DNA of 64,000 nucleotides from Patescibacteria group bacterium (GCA_041660005.1 JBAZXG010000002.1:24356-88355); one strand, 5' to 3'. Shown: positions 1 through 10,856, counted from the stretch's first letter. Notes: generated from the letters alone by a model not told the origin. Numbers and translations: made by a program.

Positions 1-115
1 TGCGTACGCACAAAATGGTGTAATTTGATACTTACGTAGCTCTGTCGCACTCCCTTTTTCAGTTCGCTCGGTGACAGATAAAGGGCTTCGGGGCTTTCTA
101 TGGGGTTAATACCAT

Positions 116-1660
116 TTATTTATTTTGCTGCAAACAGACGTACTGATAAACAAACTGGTTCAGCTGATGGAAGCACTCGGCATCAAGTGGTGTGGCGAGT
201 AGCTTTGGCGAAGAAACATAAACATAGGGTGCAATTGGATAGCGGTTCATGAGGGCTTGGCGGCGCACTGATTCTGACGTAGTCCAAAATTCAAACCACT
301 CATCATAGTTCCATTTATCTCTAAATAACCCCGGGGCAATTACGTCGTGTCCGCTCCAGCCCCATACCCATGGGGCGTCATTCGAGGAAACCACCATAAC
401 AGGAACTTGCTTATCAAGTGTCTGCAATTGACGAACTGACTGAAGGAAACTCTCGGTAATGGTATTACCGCGAAAAAGTATTACCAAAGCCCACGGGATA
501 AAAAACATCGGCAAAAAAATTAAAGAGACGATGCGAGATGAAGAAGTTTTTAATTGTGTCAAAATTTTTCCTGCAGCAAATCCTGCATAAAAAATCACAC
601 TGAGATCAAGAAAAATTAATGTCCGCTTATAAAAAGGTAACTGAAAAATAATAAAAATAATGCTAGCTACCCCCAACCAAAAAAGTGGTTGGTGAAAACG
701 TTTTTTACTGTAATACGCCCCAGCTAAAGCTAGGGGCAACAAAAACGCATTTACAATTAAGTAAGTATTTACCGAAATAAATTGACCTTCGCGAACAGCA
801 AAGTAGTCTGGAGCACTCGTTCCTAAAATGAGGATACGCTCTAAAATAAACAATGCTTCTCTTTGCCACCACAAAAAACCAATCGCCACTGGAGCTATGG
901 CAAGTAATATCCAACGGCGATATTGAGGATACATACACCAGAGAGTTGGAAATACTGAGAGCAAAAGAAAAACGCCAGTGGTGCGGTGGCTCACCAGTAT
1001 GAATAGGGCGGGCAAAATTGCCCAGGCAGATTTTTTATAAAGGGCTACGTACGTAAGGAGTAAAAGCGCAAGAGCAAAAAATTGTTTCCAAAGGAAAAAT
1101 TGATATGCGGACGCTTGGGTGAATGATAGTGCAAATAAAATTAAGGTGACGCTCGCCACTGTTGCGCCGTACTCTTTGCGACTTAAAACAAAGAGTCCTA
1201 GTCCAGTCAGCGCAAAAAGACCGGCCATGCTGCCGTACAATATAAAATCTACCGGCAGTCTGCTGAGACTTAATAAATCGAGAAACACACGCGAGCCAAT
1301 GGCGCTACTCGGCAGAAGTAAAGCGGGCGGTCGAGGAAAGGTCAACGTCGGCTGCTCTAAATAATGCTTATAGAAACCAACGTCATAGCCAAAATAAATT
1401 TCTCCTGACCTGAAAAGCGGAGTGAATGCGCTCGTAATAAGCAAAATAATACCAAGAGCAAAAAGACAATTTTTTAACGTTGGTGCTACCTCGATTTTTC
1501 CTTCGCTAAACTTTTTATGCATCAAACCCAAGGTGCCACCACCAAGGAGCACCACCAACGATAACGGCCACGGAGTGAAAAAAGCGACCAGCGCCGAACT
1601 CATGGCGATGCTATAGCTGACGACTGGGAGTTTATCAATGGCTGCGAGAAATTTATGCAT
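116..1660 (-). CDS. Multi-pass membrane protein, probable GT-C superfamily glycosyltransferase
   Basis: 514 aa, many hydrophobic helices, GYDVGFY loop after the N-terminal TMs, soluble C-terminal domain. Confidence 0.6.
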   Translation of the reverse strand: MHKFLAAIDKLPVVSYSIAMSSALVAFFTPWPLSLVVLLGGGTLGLMHKKFSEGKIEVAPTLKNCLFALGIILLITSAFTPLFRSGEIYFGYDVGFYKHYLEQPTLTFPRPPALLLPSSAIGSRVFLDLLSLSRLPVDFILYGSMAGLFALTGLGLFVLSRKEYGATVASVTLILFALSFTQASAYQFFLWKQFFALALLLLTYVALYKKSAWAILPALFILVSHRTTGVFLLLSVFPTLWCMYPQYRRWILLAIAPVAIGFLWWQREALFILERILILGTSAPDYFAVREGQFISVNTYLIVNAFLLPLALAGAYYSKKRFHQPLFWLGVASIIFIIFQLPFYKRTLIFLDLSVIFYAGFAAGKILTQLKTSSSRIVSLIFLPMFFIPWALVILFRGNTITESFLQSVRQLQTLDKQVPVMVVSSNDAPWVWGWSGHDVIAPGLFRDKWNYDEWFEFWTTSESVRRQALMNRYPIAPYVYVSSPKLLATPLDAECFHQLNQFVYQYVCLQQNK

Positions 1661-1850
1661 GATTCTAAGTATAGACGCGAAATGTTTTGAATACTAATGT
1701 ACACCTTATCAAAAAATCCTTTAACTCTAAGCAACGCCGTTGACAGCTTAGCTCGTGTCAAATAACATGCGACCATCATCTTTAGAACAAAGGTGACCCA
1801 AGTTCGCCGGGGTATGGCGACCACCGCTCGTTAACAAAGGGCTACAGAAC

Positions 1851-2171
1851 ATGAAAAAGTTCAGAACGCAAATCAGCCGCAATGCAAAACGCGGATTGTT
1901 GTGTGGGCTGTTCCTCATGCTCTCTATGTTCGCCCTTTCAGGGTGGGTGGACGCTATAGAAGCACGGAATAGCATCATGCCAGGGCTCAAGCAGTCAGGA
2001 GCTTGGGCGCTCTTCACTCTTGCTGCGTCGTCTGGCGCGTTAGGAGTAGGGCTCGGACTGGTAGAAAGCTGCATGGTTGAGCCGACTTCGAGAGTCACGG
2101 TGGCACTCATGGCTTGCTCGGCGATCTTCGCTGCAGTGGGTGACTGGCTTTACAGAATCAACGTCATCTAG
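1851..2171 (+). CDS. Small membrane protein (paralog 1 of a tandem pair)
   Basis: 106 aa, ~3 hydrophobic segments; TTGACA at ~1740 upstream; shares TQIxRNAKxG motif with the next ORF. Confidence 0.6.
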   Translation: MKKFRTQISRNAKRGLLCGLFLMLSMFALSGWVDAIEARNSIMPGLKQSGAWALFTLAASSGALGVGLGLVESCMVEPTSRVTVALMACSAIFAAVGDWLYRINVI

Positions 2172-2205
2172 CAACGGCTATCGTAGCGGTAGTAAAAGGG
2201 GTGCA

Positions 2206-2502
2206 ATGGATATGACAAGCTACAAAACAACAACCCAAATAGGGCGCAACGCCAAACACGGAGTACTGCTAGTGCTGCTCCTCACTGGCACTGCGTTTGC
2301 AGTCTCGGAGTTGCTGTCTCTCTCGCCACCGCTGACAGAGGACGCGAAGACGATAGCCGCCGTCGCGCTCAGCTGCGGACTCGTAGGTGCTGTCAACGCG
2401 ACGGTGCTGCGAAAATTCTCACTCAGCTCCACTTTGCTGGCGGGAGCTGGGGCACTACTGTCCTCAATCGATTACTGGGTGAATGTTTTCAACGCTCCCT
2501 GA
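2206..2502 (+). CDS. Small membrane protein (paralog 2 of a tandem pair)
   Basis: In-frame ATG at 2206 after AAGGGG; TQIGRNAKHG motif and similar TM pattern. Confidence 0.6.
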   Translation: MDMTSYKTTTQIGRNAKHGVLLVLLLTGTAFAVSELLSLSPPLTEDAKTIAAVALSCGLVGAVNATVLRKFSLSSTLLAGAGALLSSIDYWVNVFNAP

Positions 2503-2733
2503 TTACCGACCCGTGCCTAAACCCCGCACCTCGCGGGGCAATGGCCGAATGAACACGAAAGGCCCTTGCTGTCTCACCAACAGTCCGGGCCTTCGTTCTT
2601 TTTAGAAATGACGAAGGGCGGGTCGATCAGCGTTGCTGACCAATCCCGCCCTTCTCGTCGGTGTTACTCCTCCTTCTTGTGTGAGACGTGCGACCACCGT
2701 ATCGCTACGTCAACTCCCCTCCTGTTCTTCTCG

Positions 2734-3075
2734 TTACTTTGGAGCGGCTATCAACCACTTGCCGCAGAAATGCACTGGTGACTCCATCGAACGGAACATG
2801 AGTCGCGTACCGCTCTTCTCGTCGTCCAGTATCACCCACTGAGGGTGCCCGACCACCTTACGCACCGACCCGCGGCACGAGGGGTGGTGAATATTGCGAT
2901 AGACTTCGCACGGACCACTGGCCTGACATGTCGTCGGGACCGGAACGATATCAGCAACGACAAAGGGGCCGTCGCCGTACCGGGTGGGAGCATCGAACGT
3001 CTCGTCGTCTCTTGCCTTTTTGCTCCAGATGACTCGCTGCCCCTTTGTGAAGATCTCAACTGTTTCCTGCGTCAT
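2734..3075 (-). CDS. Hypothetical protein with Cys/His cluster
   Basis: AGGAGG SD; ATGA overlap with upstream ORF; C-x5-C...HHPSC. Confidence 0.55.
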   Translation of the reverse strand: MTQETVEIFTKGQRVIWSKKARDDETFDAPTRYGDGPFVVADIVPVPTTCQASGPCEVYRNIHHPSCRGSVRKVVGHPQWVILDDEKSGTRLMFRSMESPVHFCGKWLIAAPK

Positions 3076-3317
3076 CGATCCGTCCTCCTGTTGAAGCATC
3101 GGGTTGGGGAGAGAACGGACTTGCTAGCTGCCGCTCTCTCGAGTTTCTGTTTCTCATACTGCGAGAGCCGCTCGAGTTCGACACCGTACGTACCGGACCA
3201 GGCTCTCCACCAAGCGAGGTGATCACCACGCGTCTCCTCGAACACTCTCGCTGCCACGCAATCAGCCGCGTACATGGCGCGGGCCATGAGTTGCTCGGTT
3301 GTTCGTGAATCAGCCAA
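3072..3317 (-). CDS. Hypothetical protein
   Basis: GGAGGGAG SD before a TTG start; stop overlaps the next start. Confidence 0.5.
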   Translation of the reverse strand: MADSRTTEQLMARAMYAADCVAARVFEETRGDHLAWWRAWSGTYGVELERLSQYEKQKLERAAASKSVLSPTRCFNRRTDR

Positions 3318-3517
3318 ATGAACTCCCTCCGAAGTGAACCAACCTATTCGAAGTTGGGTTGTGAGAGAAATGCTTTCTTCAAGCTATTCCTCTGAATTTG
3401 TGAAAATGCCATCAGAAATGCGAACTAACATTTTTATCATAATAACGAGCAGGGGTCAATTGCAGTGTATAAAAAGAAACAAAATACAGCCTTCATAAAA
3501 AGGAGCTCAATTACATT

Positions 3518-3566
3518 GCCATCCACGTCAAAAATACAAAATCCCGCCGAAAGCGGGAGTTGTATT
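3518..3566. repeat. 49-bp exact direct repeat of 4109-4157, including the tRNA-Lys downstream hairpin
   Basis: gccatccacgtcaaaaatacaaaatcccgccgaaagcgggagttgtatt at both positions. Confidence 0.9.
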
Positions 3567-3940
3567 CTAGTGATGCCCTTCGACCCATTCAACTTCTTTC
3601 AGGGTCGCCCTGAGAATAATCGAATGGGCGACAAGCCCAGGGCATTCAACTCACAAAATACTTGGTTTACCATGAGTCCTTCATTGCCTTAGGATAAACG
3701 AGCGAAGCGATTTATGGTGAGTTCGTCGAACCAGTCGAACGGTGGGTGGGCTCCCCTCAACGGGGACTTCTTCATTTGATAACTAGACTATGGTGAGTCG
3801 TGGGAATTATTTTTACTCCGACCTGCCCGACGGCAAGGCGGGCAAAAAGCCGGCGACCGAAGGAAGTGCTTGTGGTACTCGATTCCCTTCAATAAACGCA
3901 TAAGTAAACAAATAACCCCCATACGGGGGTTCTTGTTTAC

Positions 3941-4107
3941 TGGTGGGTCGGCTGGGAATTCCGCCGCACTTCGTCTTCAGCAGTACGACTCAGTGCTCTG
4001 TCCGGGGCAGCGCTGCATGCTCGATTGACTCGCATCCATCGGCGTTCGGGGTATTCGTGATTGCTTCCGCAATCACTCAGCCCTCACTGCTGCCCGTTCG
4101 ATTCCCT
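3941..4107. repeat. tRNA-end module, family A (Lys copy)
   Basis: Starts with a duplicate of the tRNA-Lys 3' end (tggtgggtcggctgggaat); body homologous to 43926-44092; ends with inverted T-loop gttcgattccc. Confidence 0.8.
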
Positions 4108-4159
4108 GGCCATCCACGTCAAAAATACAAAATCCCGCCGAAAGCGGGAGTTGTATTTT

Positions 4160-4235
4160 TGGTGGGTCGGCTGGGAATCGAACCCAGAACCTTATCCTTA
4201 AGAGGGATCTGCTCTACCAATTGAGCTACCGACCC
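4160..4235 (-). tRNA. tRNA-Lys(CTT)
   Basis: Cloverleaf GGGTCGG..CCGACCC-ACCA, anticodon loop CT-CTT-AA, T-loop TTCGATT, encoded CCA. Confidence 0.95.
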
Positions 4236-4295
4236 GGGTGGCAAATGGCCTATGGCAAATTGCAAATGGCGACTCGGGAAAATTTTCTACCTGCA

Positions 4296-4382
4296 AGTGA
4301 AAAAATTATGAGTACGTCAGCCATAGAACTTTGTTCGCTGACGCACGGAATAATTTTTGAACGACCTCTGCTTGAGGGAAAG
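4296..4382. repeat. ~87-bp dispersed repeat (near-identical copy 12673-12759, partial copy ~12504-12536)
   Basis: agtgaaaaaattatgagtacgtc...actttgttcgctgacgcacggaataatttttgaacgacctc shared. Confidence 0.85.
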
Positions 4383-4396
4383 TCCGCCACCGTTAA

Positions 4397-4490
4397 AACT
4401 ATGGCGGACAGCCCTTTCTCAAAACGTCTGGCGTAAGCCAGCCGCCGTTGAAACTATGGCTGGCTCGCCAGCCGTAACTTTAGTGAAGGC
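4397..4490. repeat. Palindromic repeat abutting a tRNA 3' end (second copy 31129-31262)
   Basis: aactatggcggacagcc..ctcaaaacgtctggcgtaagccagccgccgttg..tggctggctcgccagccgtaactt..tagtgaaggc in both. Confidence 0.85.
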
Positions 4491-4565
4491 TGGTGCCTCC
4501 AGAGGGAATCGAACCCCCATTCCTGGTTCCGAAGACCAGTGCTCTATCCGTTGAGCTATAGAGGC
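4491..4565 (-). tRNA. tRNA-Arg(TCG)
   Basis: Cloverleaf, anticodon arm CTGGT-CTTCGGA-ACCAG, encoded CCA. Confidence 0.93.
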
Positions 4566-4685
4566 CAAAAAACGTACTATTGTACGCTGAGGCAAAAGTG
4601 TAAACTGTTTTTTTTATTCTGTACACCCTAACCTTTCAACGAACTAAAAAACAAGCTACCACCCAAAAACGAAGACCTGCGTAGA

Positions 4686-5726
4686 CTATAATGTTTCTGG
4701 GTTTGTCATGTAGCGTTTCGCAACGTCCGGTGCAACCACACCTTCTTTCACGAGGCGTGCAATGTCGCGATCCAATGGTTGCATTCCTTCTGCCTTGCCG
4801 GTTTCAATAGCGGTCCTCAACTGCGCAACTTTATTGTCTCGAATGAGCGAACCAACGGCTGGAGTCGCCATCATGATTTCGCGGGCAGCCACACGCCCTC
4901 CACCCACCTTCGGCAATAGTCGCTGCGACACAACGCCGCGGAGGGTCATAGAAATTTGCATGCGCACCTGATCTTGCTGATGCGACGGAAAAGTATCAAT
5001 GATGCGGTCAACAGCCTGCGCCGCACTGAACGTATGCAACGTTGCCAGAACCAGGTGTCCGGTTTCAGCGACCGTAATGGCAGTACCGATAGTTTCCAAA
5101 TCGCGCATTTCCCCAACCATGATGACATTGGGGTCCTGACGGAGCACGTGCTTTAAACCTTCTGAAAACGAAAGCATATCACTGCCAAGCTCACGCTGAA
5201 TGATCATGCTCTTCTTTGGAGTAAAAATAAACTCAACCGGGTCTTCCAGGGTGACAATGTTACAAGCTCGTTCAATGTTAATAAGTTCAATCATGGCGGC
5301 TAGCGACGTGGATTTTCCGTGGCCGGTGGGTCCGGTCATGAGAATAAGCCCTTGATCAAGCCGTGCTAGATTGTACATGACCTCTGGCATCCCCAGTTCT
5401 TCCATGCTCGGAAGAGTAGCCGGAATGACACGGGCAACAAGACCAACTAAACCCTTTTCCCAAAAAAGGTTCACCCGAAAACGACCGGCACCACTGACTG
5501 AATAAGCAAAATCAAGTTCTCTTTCTTTAACAAACTTTGCTTTCTCTGGTGCACTAATCATGCTGAGCGCCGCCTCTTCGACATCTTTGGCTGTAAGCAC
5601 AGCACCCTTCAGCGGAACCAACTCGCCGTCTACCCGCACCGTTGGAGCATAGCCAACGGCTAAATGGAGATCCGACGCTTTGGCGGCGACGGCATCTTTA
5701 AGAAGAGTGTCCACAGAAATTGCCAT
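4686..5726 (-). CDS. pilT: Type IV pilus retraction ATPase PilT
   Basis: ASDLHL N-terminus, Walker A GPTGHGKS, TLEDPVE, LRQDPNVIMVGEMRD, AETGHLV. Confidence 0.92.
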   Translation of the reverse strand: MAISVDTLLKDAVAAKASDLHLAVGYAPTVRVDGELVPLKGAVLTAKDVEEAALSMISAPEKAKFVKERELDFAYSVSGAGRFRVNLFWEKGLVGLVARVIPATLPSMEELGMPEVMYNLARLDQGLILMTGPTGHGKSTSLAAMIELINIERACNIVTLEDPVEFIFTPKKSMIIQRELGSDMLSFSEGLKHVLRQDPNVIMVGEMRDLETIGTAITVAETGHLVLATLHTFSAAQAVDRIIDTFPSHQQDQVRMQISMTLRGVVSQRLLPKVGGGRVAAREIMMATPAVGSLIRDNKVAQLRTAIETGKAEGMQPLDRDIARLVKEGVVAPDVAKRYMTNPETL

Positions 5727-5735
5727 AGGATTATA

Positions 5736-6428
5736 TTACCACGACTTAACTTTAAGCGCTGCTCGAGCCGCCGACTCCTCACCCTCTTGCTTACTGGCGC
5801 CTTTCCCTTCTGCCACGAGATCACTACCTAGAAAAATGCCAATCGTAAAAATCTTGGCGTGATCCGGACCTGTTTCTGAAAGCACTCGGTAGTTCGGCGT
5901 AATGCCAACTTTCTCCTGCGCCGCCTCTTGGAAAGCACTTTTTGGATCACGGTACAGTTCATATTCTAAAATATGAGGTAGCCGAGGCAGTAACACTCGC
6001 TGGATGAAATTTTCGGCAACCGAAAAGCCTTGATCAATGTACATAGCACCAACGATCGCCTCAAAGGCGTTGGCTAAAATGTATGTTCTGGCTTTGGTAT
6101 TTGTCTCTTTCGCTTCGCCTCGTGATAAATAAAGATAATCACGCAGATGAAGTTCGTTCGCAACCTCACCGAGCATTTTTGTATTCACCAAGCTCGCTCG
6201 CCAATTCGTCAGATCCCCCTCTGGGTTCTGATAATTACGATACAAAAATTCGGTTACCACGAGCTCCAAAACAGCGTCTCCTAAAAACTCCAACCGCTCG
6301 TTGTTACCGTGTGGAAACTCCGGATTTTCGTTAAGGTACGAACGATGCACCAGCGCTTGCTCTAAAAGCTCTTTGTTCACAAAGGTAACGCCGAGGTGCT
6401 CTTCGATTTCAAAAAGATTGTGCGTCAT
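5736..6428 (-). CDS. rnc: Ribonuclease III
   Basis: NERLEFLGDAVL signature; C-terminal dsRBD (GPDH, GxGxSKQ). Confidence 0.97.
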   Translation of the reverse strand: MTHNLFEIEEHLGVTFVNKELLEQALVHRSYLNENPEFPHGNNERLEFLGDAVLELVVTEFLYRNYQNPEGDLTNWRASLVNTKMLGEVANELHLRDYLYLSRGEAKETNTKARTYILANAFEAIVGAMYIDQGFSVAENFIQRVLLPRLPHILEYELYRDPKSAFQEAAQEKVGITPNYRVLSETGPDHAKIFTIGIFLGSDLVAEGKGASKQEGEESAARAALKVKSW

Positions 6429-6916
6429 GTGTTCGATGATTGATTAGATGTCTCTACGGAACTGCTTTCGTCGATGCCAGTGATGTCCTTATAAATTGCA
6501 CCGAGAACACCATTCACGAAACGACCAGAAGATTCTCCACCAAACGCTTTAGCGAGTTCGATTGCTTCGTTAATGGCAACTTTTGCCGGCACTTCGCGCG
6601 CGATTGCTAACTCAAAAATACCCAAGCGCAGAATGTTACGGTCAACGACGGTGATTTGATCGATCGGCCACTCCGGCGCGTACTTTCTTATATACGGATC
6701 AATTTCAGCAATATGCTCAACAATGCCGTCGACGAGTCGAAAAGAAAACTCTTGATCTTCGCTCCCTTGAGCAAACTCTTTAAGGTTATTGACGACAAGC
6801 GCTCGAGCAAGCGAACGCATCTCGTCAGACGAACGCCCGAGAGAGAGCGGATTGTTAAAATCGAGCTCGTAGAGCGTTTGCATGGCAACCGTCCGAGCGA
6901 GATGGCGGTTCGACAT
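6425..6916 (-). CDS. nusB: Transcription antitermination factor NusB
   Basis: RHLAR..QTLYE, VAINEAIELAK, FVNGVL. Confidence 0.95.
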   Translation of the reverse strand: MSNRHLARTVAMQTLYELDFNNPLSLGRSSDEMRSLARALVVNNLKEFAQGSEDQEFSFRLVDGIVEHIAEIDPYIRKYAPEWPIDQITVVDRNILRLGIFELAIAREVPAKVAINEAIELAKAFGGESSGRFVNGVLGAIYKDITGIDESSSVETSNQSSNT

Positions 6917-6928
6917 GCTGTAAGCTGC

Positions 6929-7174
6929 TTACTCCGCGTCCTTTTTGGCGCGGGTAGTTGCGACCGTTTTCTTCTTGGCGCTTCTGGCCTGACGAACTGA
7001 AGCCGCTGGTAGAACTTGACGACCACGGTACGTGCCGCACACCAAACATGCAGTGTGGGGTAGTTTTTTCTTGCCGCACTTATCACAGGTCGACAGCGTC
7101 ATTCGCTTAAGGGCATTATGCGACTGACGGCGACGTTTATGCGATGATGTACGGCGTTGCGCTGGTACAGACAT
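6929..7174 (-). CDS. rpmF: 50S ribosomal protein L32 with basic C-terminal extension
   Basis: MSVP..RRRQSH; CxxC...PH..CxxCG zinc ribbon; adjacent to nusB and rnc. Confidence 0.93.
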   Translation of the reverse strand: MSVPAQRRTSSHKRRRQSHNALKRMTLSTCDKCGKKKLPHTACLVCGTYRGRQVLPAASVRQARSAKKKTVATTRAKKDAE

Positions 7175-7208
7175 AGACTAAATAATAGTTAATAAACGTT
7201 ACAGCATC

Positions 7209-9707
7209 TTACCCGACCAGCGTCACAGAAGCAACCCTATCCTCTGGGTTCTTCAAGCGCATGAGGCGAACACCCTGCGTTACGCGACCGAGTAAGCTGA
7301 CTGATTTATAAGGAATACGGATAACTTGGCCAGCAGTTGAGATGACAATAATGTCCGGCATCTGTTCTTCGTCTGGCACTAAAGCGGCGCCGCCAATCAA
7401 TGGACCGGTCTTTTTGGTGACATCCGCAGCTTTGACGCCGCTTCCACCACGACCCTGCACCTTATGCTGCGCGAGCTTTGTTCGTTTACCAAAACCATAC
7501 TCACTTACCAGAATGAGTTCGTGCGCGTTGGCAGACTTACCGGCCGGCAGTACCTGCATGAGCACCACTGCATCATTGCTCTTGAGGCGAATGCCAAGAA
7601 CGCCGGCAGCAGACCGACCCATGGCACGCACGTTCTTTTCTTTGAAACGAATCGACTGACCCGCTTTGGTTACAAATAATATTTCATCCTGTCCGGTTGA
7701 TGGATGCACCCAGCGCAACGTGTCGTCCTTACGCAAGCGAATGGCAATGAGACCGGACCGGCGCACCGCACTGAATTGCTCAAAGGGCACTTTTTTAATA
7801 ACACCCCGAATAGTACCCATCACGAGGTAGGTATAGGCGGTTCGGCCCGTAACCGGTAGCACCGCGGTAACACTTTCTTCTGGAGCAAGTTGCAAGAAGT
7901 TGACGATGGCTTGACCCTTCGCTGTACGAGAAGAAACCGGAACTTCATAGGCCTTCAATTGGAAGACGCGTCCGGTCGTCGTGAAGAAGAGCAAATCAGC
8001 ATGCGTCGTTGTCGATACGAGGTGCGCAACAAAATCATCTTCTTTTGTCGTAAGACCAATAACACCCTTACCGCCGCGCGCTTGTGTGCGGAAACTGTCG
8101 GGCGGCAAACGTTTAATGTAGCCGCCGCTCGTTACTGCAACGACCGTTGCTTCGTCAGGAATCAAATCTTCTGAGGTGAACTCACCAACCGGACCTTTGA
8201 CCACAACCGTGCGGCGCGGTGAAGCGAAGCGTTCTTTCAAGTCGAGTAATTCAGTAGTCACCACGGCGCGAATTTTTTTCTGTGATGCCAAGAGAATTGA
8301 AAGTTCTTTCATGATTTGACGCTTCTCTTTTAGTTCATCTTCAATTTTCAATCGCTCCAAGTTCGCCAATTGCTGAAGGCGCATTTCCAAAATAGCAACG
8401 GCCTGGCGCTCAGAAAGTTTGAACTTCTGCATAAGCCCAAGCCGCGCTTCGTCTTTATCGGACGATTTTTTGATGAGCTTAATAACCGCATCGATGTTGT
8501 CCTCGGCAATCTTTAATCCTTCCAATATGTGTGCACGTTCTTTTGCTTTTTCCAGTTCATACTCTGCGCGGCGGCGCACAATGACCTCACGATGCTTGAC
8601 GTACTCTTCTAAAATTGTTTTAAGATTCAAAACGCGCGGCTGCTCTCCGTTGACGAGCGCCAGCATGTTTAGGTGAAACGTCTGCTGCAACTCGGTGTGT
8701 TTAAAGAGTTGGTTCAGCACCTTCTTGGGGTAGCTGTCTTTTTTGAGTTCAATCACCACCCGCACGCCAGATTTGTCTGATTCATCGCGGAGATCACGAA
8801 TGCCTTCTATTTTTTTATCCTGCACGAGGTTAGCAATGTGCTCCACAAGCGTGGCTTTGTTCACCTGGTACGGAATCTCTGTAACGATGATGCGGAACGC
8901 ACCGTTCTTTTCTTCTTCAATTTCCGCTTTGGCGCGCGTAACAATTGAACCGCGGCCGGTGCCGTAGGCCTCACGCACCGCTTTGGCGTCATAGATGGTA
9001 CCGCCGGTCGGGTAATCTGGTCCGGGAATAAAGCCAATGAGATCTTCAACCGTGGCTTCAGGATGCTCAATTAAATAAACCGTAGCGTCAATGACCTCAC
9101 CAAGATTGTGTGGTGGAATGGACGTTGCCATACCAACGGCAATACCCGCAGTACCGTTGACGAGCAGGTTAGGAACCTTGGCAGGCAAAACCAACGGCTC
9201 TTCATGCGTGCCATCATAGTTCGGCACATAGGTAACCGTGTTCTTTTCGAGATCAGCAAGAATTTCCTCGGCAATAGGGGACAATTTCGCTTCCGTATAA
9301 CGCATGGCAGCCGCACTATCGCCATCCATCGAACCAAAGTTACCTTGCCCAATAATGAGCGGCTCGCGCATGGAGAAAGGTTGCGCCAAACGAACCAGCG
9401 CTTCATACAACGCGCTGTCGCCATGGGGGTGGTATTTACCCATCACTTCACCGACGACTGTTGCGGATTTTCTTGTTTTACCGCTAGCGCGAAGTCCGGT
9501 CTGGTTCATGGCAAACAAAATACGGCGCTGCACGGGTTTCAAACCGTCGCGCACATCGGGAAGCGCCCGCGAAACAATGACTGACATCGCATAGTCAATG
9601 TAGGACTGTTCCATTTCAGCAACCAACCCGCGCTGCTCCACCTGGCCAACGTCTTTGACAATGGTGATTTCCCCTTCTGCTTTTTTCTTCTCCTGGTCTT
9701 TTTTCAT
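7209..9707 (-). CDS. gyrA: DNA gyrase subunit A
   Basis: [29 protein letters not shown] catalytic Tyr, GyrA box QARGGKG, beta-pinwheel repeats. Confidence 0.98.
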   Translation of the reverse strand: MKKDQEKKKAEGEITIVKDVGQVEQRGLVAEMEQSYIDYAMSVIVSRALPDVRDGLKPVQRRILFAMNQTGLRASGKTRKSATVVGEVMGKYHPHGDSALYEALVRLAQPFSMREPLIIGQGNFGSMDGDSAAAMRYTEAKLSPIAEEILADLEKNTVTYVPNYDGTHEEPLVLPAKVPNLLVNGTAGIAVGMATSIPPHNLGEVIDATVYLIEHPEATVEDLIGFIPGPDYPTGGTIYDAKAVREAYGTGRGSIVTRAKAEIEEEKNGAFRIIVTEIPYQVNKATLVEHIANLVQDKKIEGIRDLRDESDKSGVRVVIELKKDSYPKKVLNQLFKHTELQQTFHLNMLALVNGEQPRVLNLKTILEEYVKHREVIVRRRAEYELEKAKERAHILEGLKIAEDNIDAVIKLIKKSSDKDEARLGLMQKFKLSERQAVAILEMRLQQLANLERLKIEDELKEKRQIMKELSILLASQKKIRAVVTTELLDLKERFASPRRTVVVKGPVGEFTSEDLIPDEATVVAVTSGGYIKRLPPDSFRTQARGGKGVIGLTTKEDDFVAHLVSTTTHADLLFFTTTGRVFQLKAYEVPVSSRTAKGQAIVNFLQLAPEESVTAVLPVTGRTAYTYLVMGTIRGVIKKVPFEQFSAVRRSGLIAIRLRKDDTLRWVHPSTGQDEILFVTKAGQSIRFKEKNVRAMGRSAAGVLGIRLKSNDAVVLMQVLPAGKSANAHELILVSEYGFGKRTKLAQHKVQGRGGSGVKAADVTKKTGPLIGGAALVPDEEQMPDIIVISTAGQVIRIPYKSVSLLGRVTQGVRLMRLKNPEDRVASVTLVG

Positions 9708-9715
9708 AAACGTAT

Positions 9716-10288
9716 CTATGGCTGTACGGGTAATGACTTCGGTGCAGTGTTCTCTATTACTTTCTGTTTCAATACATCGAGTTCTTCTGGTGTCAGTGGC
9801 TCCGCGCTTGCAGTATTGTTCGGCGCTACCTCAGGCGAAGCTGACGGCACGGGTATATCCTTGATCTGGCTCACCGTACTTTTGAATAACGATGAAAGAT
9901 CATTCGTGGCCTTCATAAGTTCTTGTGGTGGTTGGACACTCGGCACAACCAAGGAGTAGCGAAGCGACCATGCCCACCCAAACACAATCAAAAACATCAT
10001 ACCAGAAACTGCTGCCCACAGCGCCAACTTCCGATTCTCCTGCTTTGTGGTATTCACTGAAAAAGAACCAGTACTATACGTAGGCAATGATTCTGACGGT
10101 AGCGTCCCAACGACCGCAGTTTCAGAGTCAACTACTGTAACAATGTTTTCATCTACTGCCGCGTCTTTTTCAATGACCGCTTTTTTAGCTCGCGCCGGAC
10201 GCACCAAATCAACCGCAGTTTTTCGCGGGCGAGTCGTTCGTTTTTTCGGCACCTTAGGCGTCGAGGATGACAAGCTTGGTTTCGTCAT
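9716..10288 (-). CDS. Single-pass membrane protein, hypothetical
   Basis: 190 aa with one TM; co-oriented between the MBL gene and gyrA. Confidence 0.6.
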   Translation of the reverse strand: MTKPSLSSSTPKVPKKRTTRPRKTAVDLVRPARAKKAVIEKDAAVDENIVTVVDSETAVVGTLPSESLPTYSTGSFSVNTTKQENRKLALWAAVSGMMFLIVFGWAWSLRYSLVVPSVQPPQELMKATNDLSSLFKSTVSQIKDIPVPSASPEVAPNNTASAEPLTPEELDVLKQKVIENTAPKSLPVQP

Positions 10289-10856
10289 TGGGAAGATCTT
10301 TCTTGGTCACGACAAATTTTTTGAGATGCTCCACGGTTGCCTGACCAAGTTCTTTCGCAAAGGTACCAACCGGTTCCAGTTTTGGGGCAGACTCTTCTTT
10401 GAAATGCATAGGAATAATAATGCGCGGCTCGATTTTGTTCACAACCGCCGCTGCTTCGCTTGAGCTAAGTACTTCACCGCCACCAACCGGCACAAACAGA
10501 ATATCTACCCCCTCCAAAAGCTCTGCCGCTGTTTCATCAAGCTCTTTTTGATTACCAAGATGTCCGATATGCACACCATCGACGACCATTCGAAAGACGG
10601 TTTCTCTATTCGCTCCTGATGCTTGCCCTTCAACTAAAACCTCTTTTACTTCGTACTCCCCCGGCGTTTCAATAATGAATGCATTATCCTTTAAAAAATC
10701 TCTTTCTTTCTCGGGGTAGGAACGTAACAGCAGCAAAAGGTCGGCCGCCACTTTGGGCATACGATTGCCTTTTGAACCTTCAAAAGGATCGACGACAACG
10801 GTCGCCGATTTCCCCTCAATTTTAAAACAATTCTGGCCGAGCCAGGTGATAGTCAT
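10254..10856 (-). CDS. MBL-fold protein (Lactamase_B_3-like) with degenerate metal motif
   Basis: ITWLGQNCF, VDPF, PGEYEV, HLG, PVGG, IIPMH; HxHxDH absent. Confidence 0.75.
   Translation of the reverse strand: MTITWLGQNCFKIEGKSATVVVDPFEGSKGNRMPKVAADLLLLLRSYPEKERDFLKDNAFIIETPGEYEVKEVLVEGQASGANRETVFRMVVDGVHIGHLGNQKELDETAAELLEGVDILFVPVGGGEVLSSSEAAAVVNKIEPRIIIPMHFKEESAPKLEPVGTFAKELGQATVEHLKKFVVTKKDLPNDETKLVILDA

Noticed and set aside
3500-4500. CRISPR array in the repeat-rich tRNA regions (also 43.5-44.1 kb)
   Set aside because: No regularly spaced identical repeats with unique spacers, and no cas genes.
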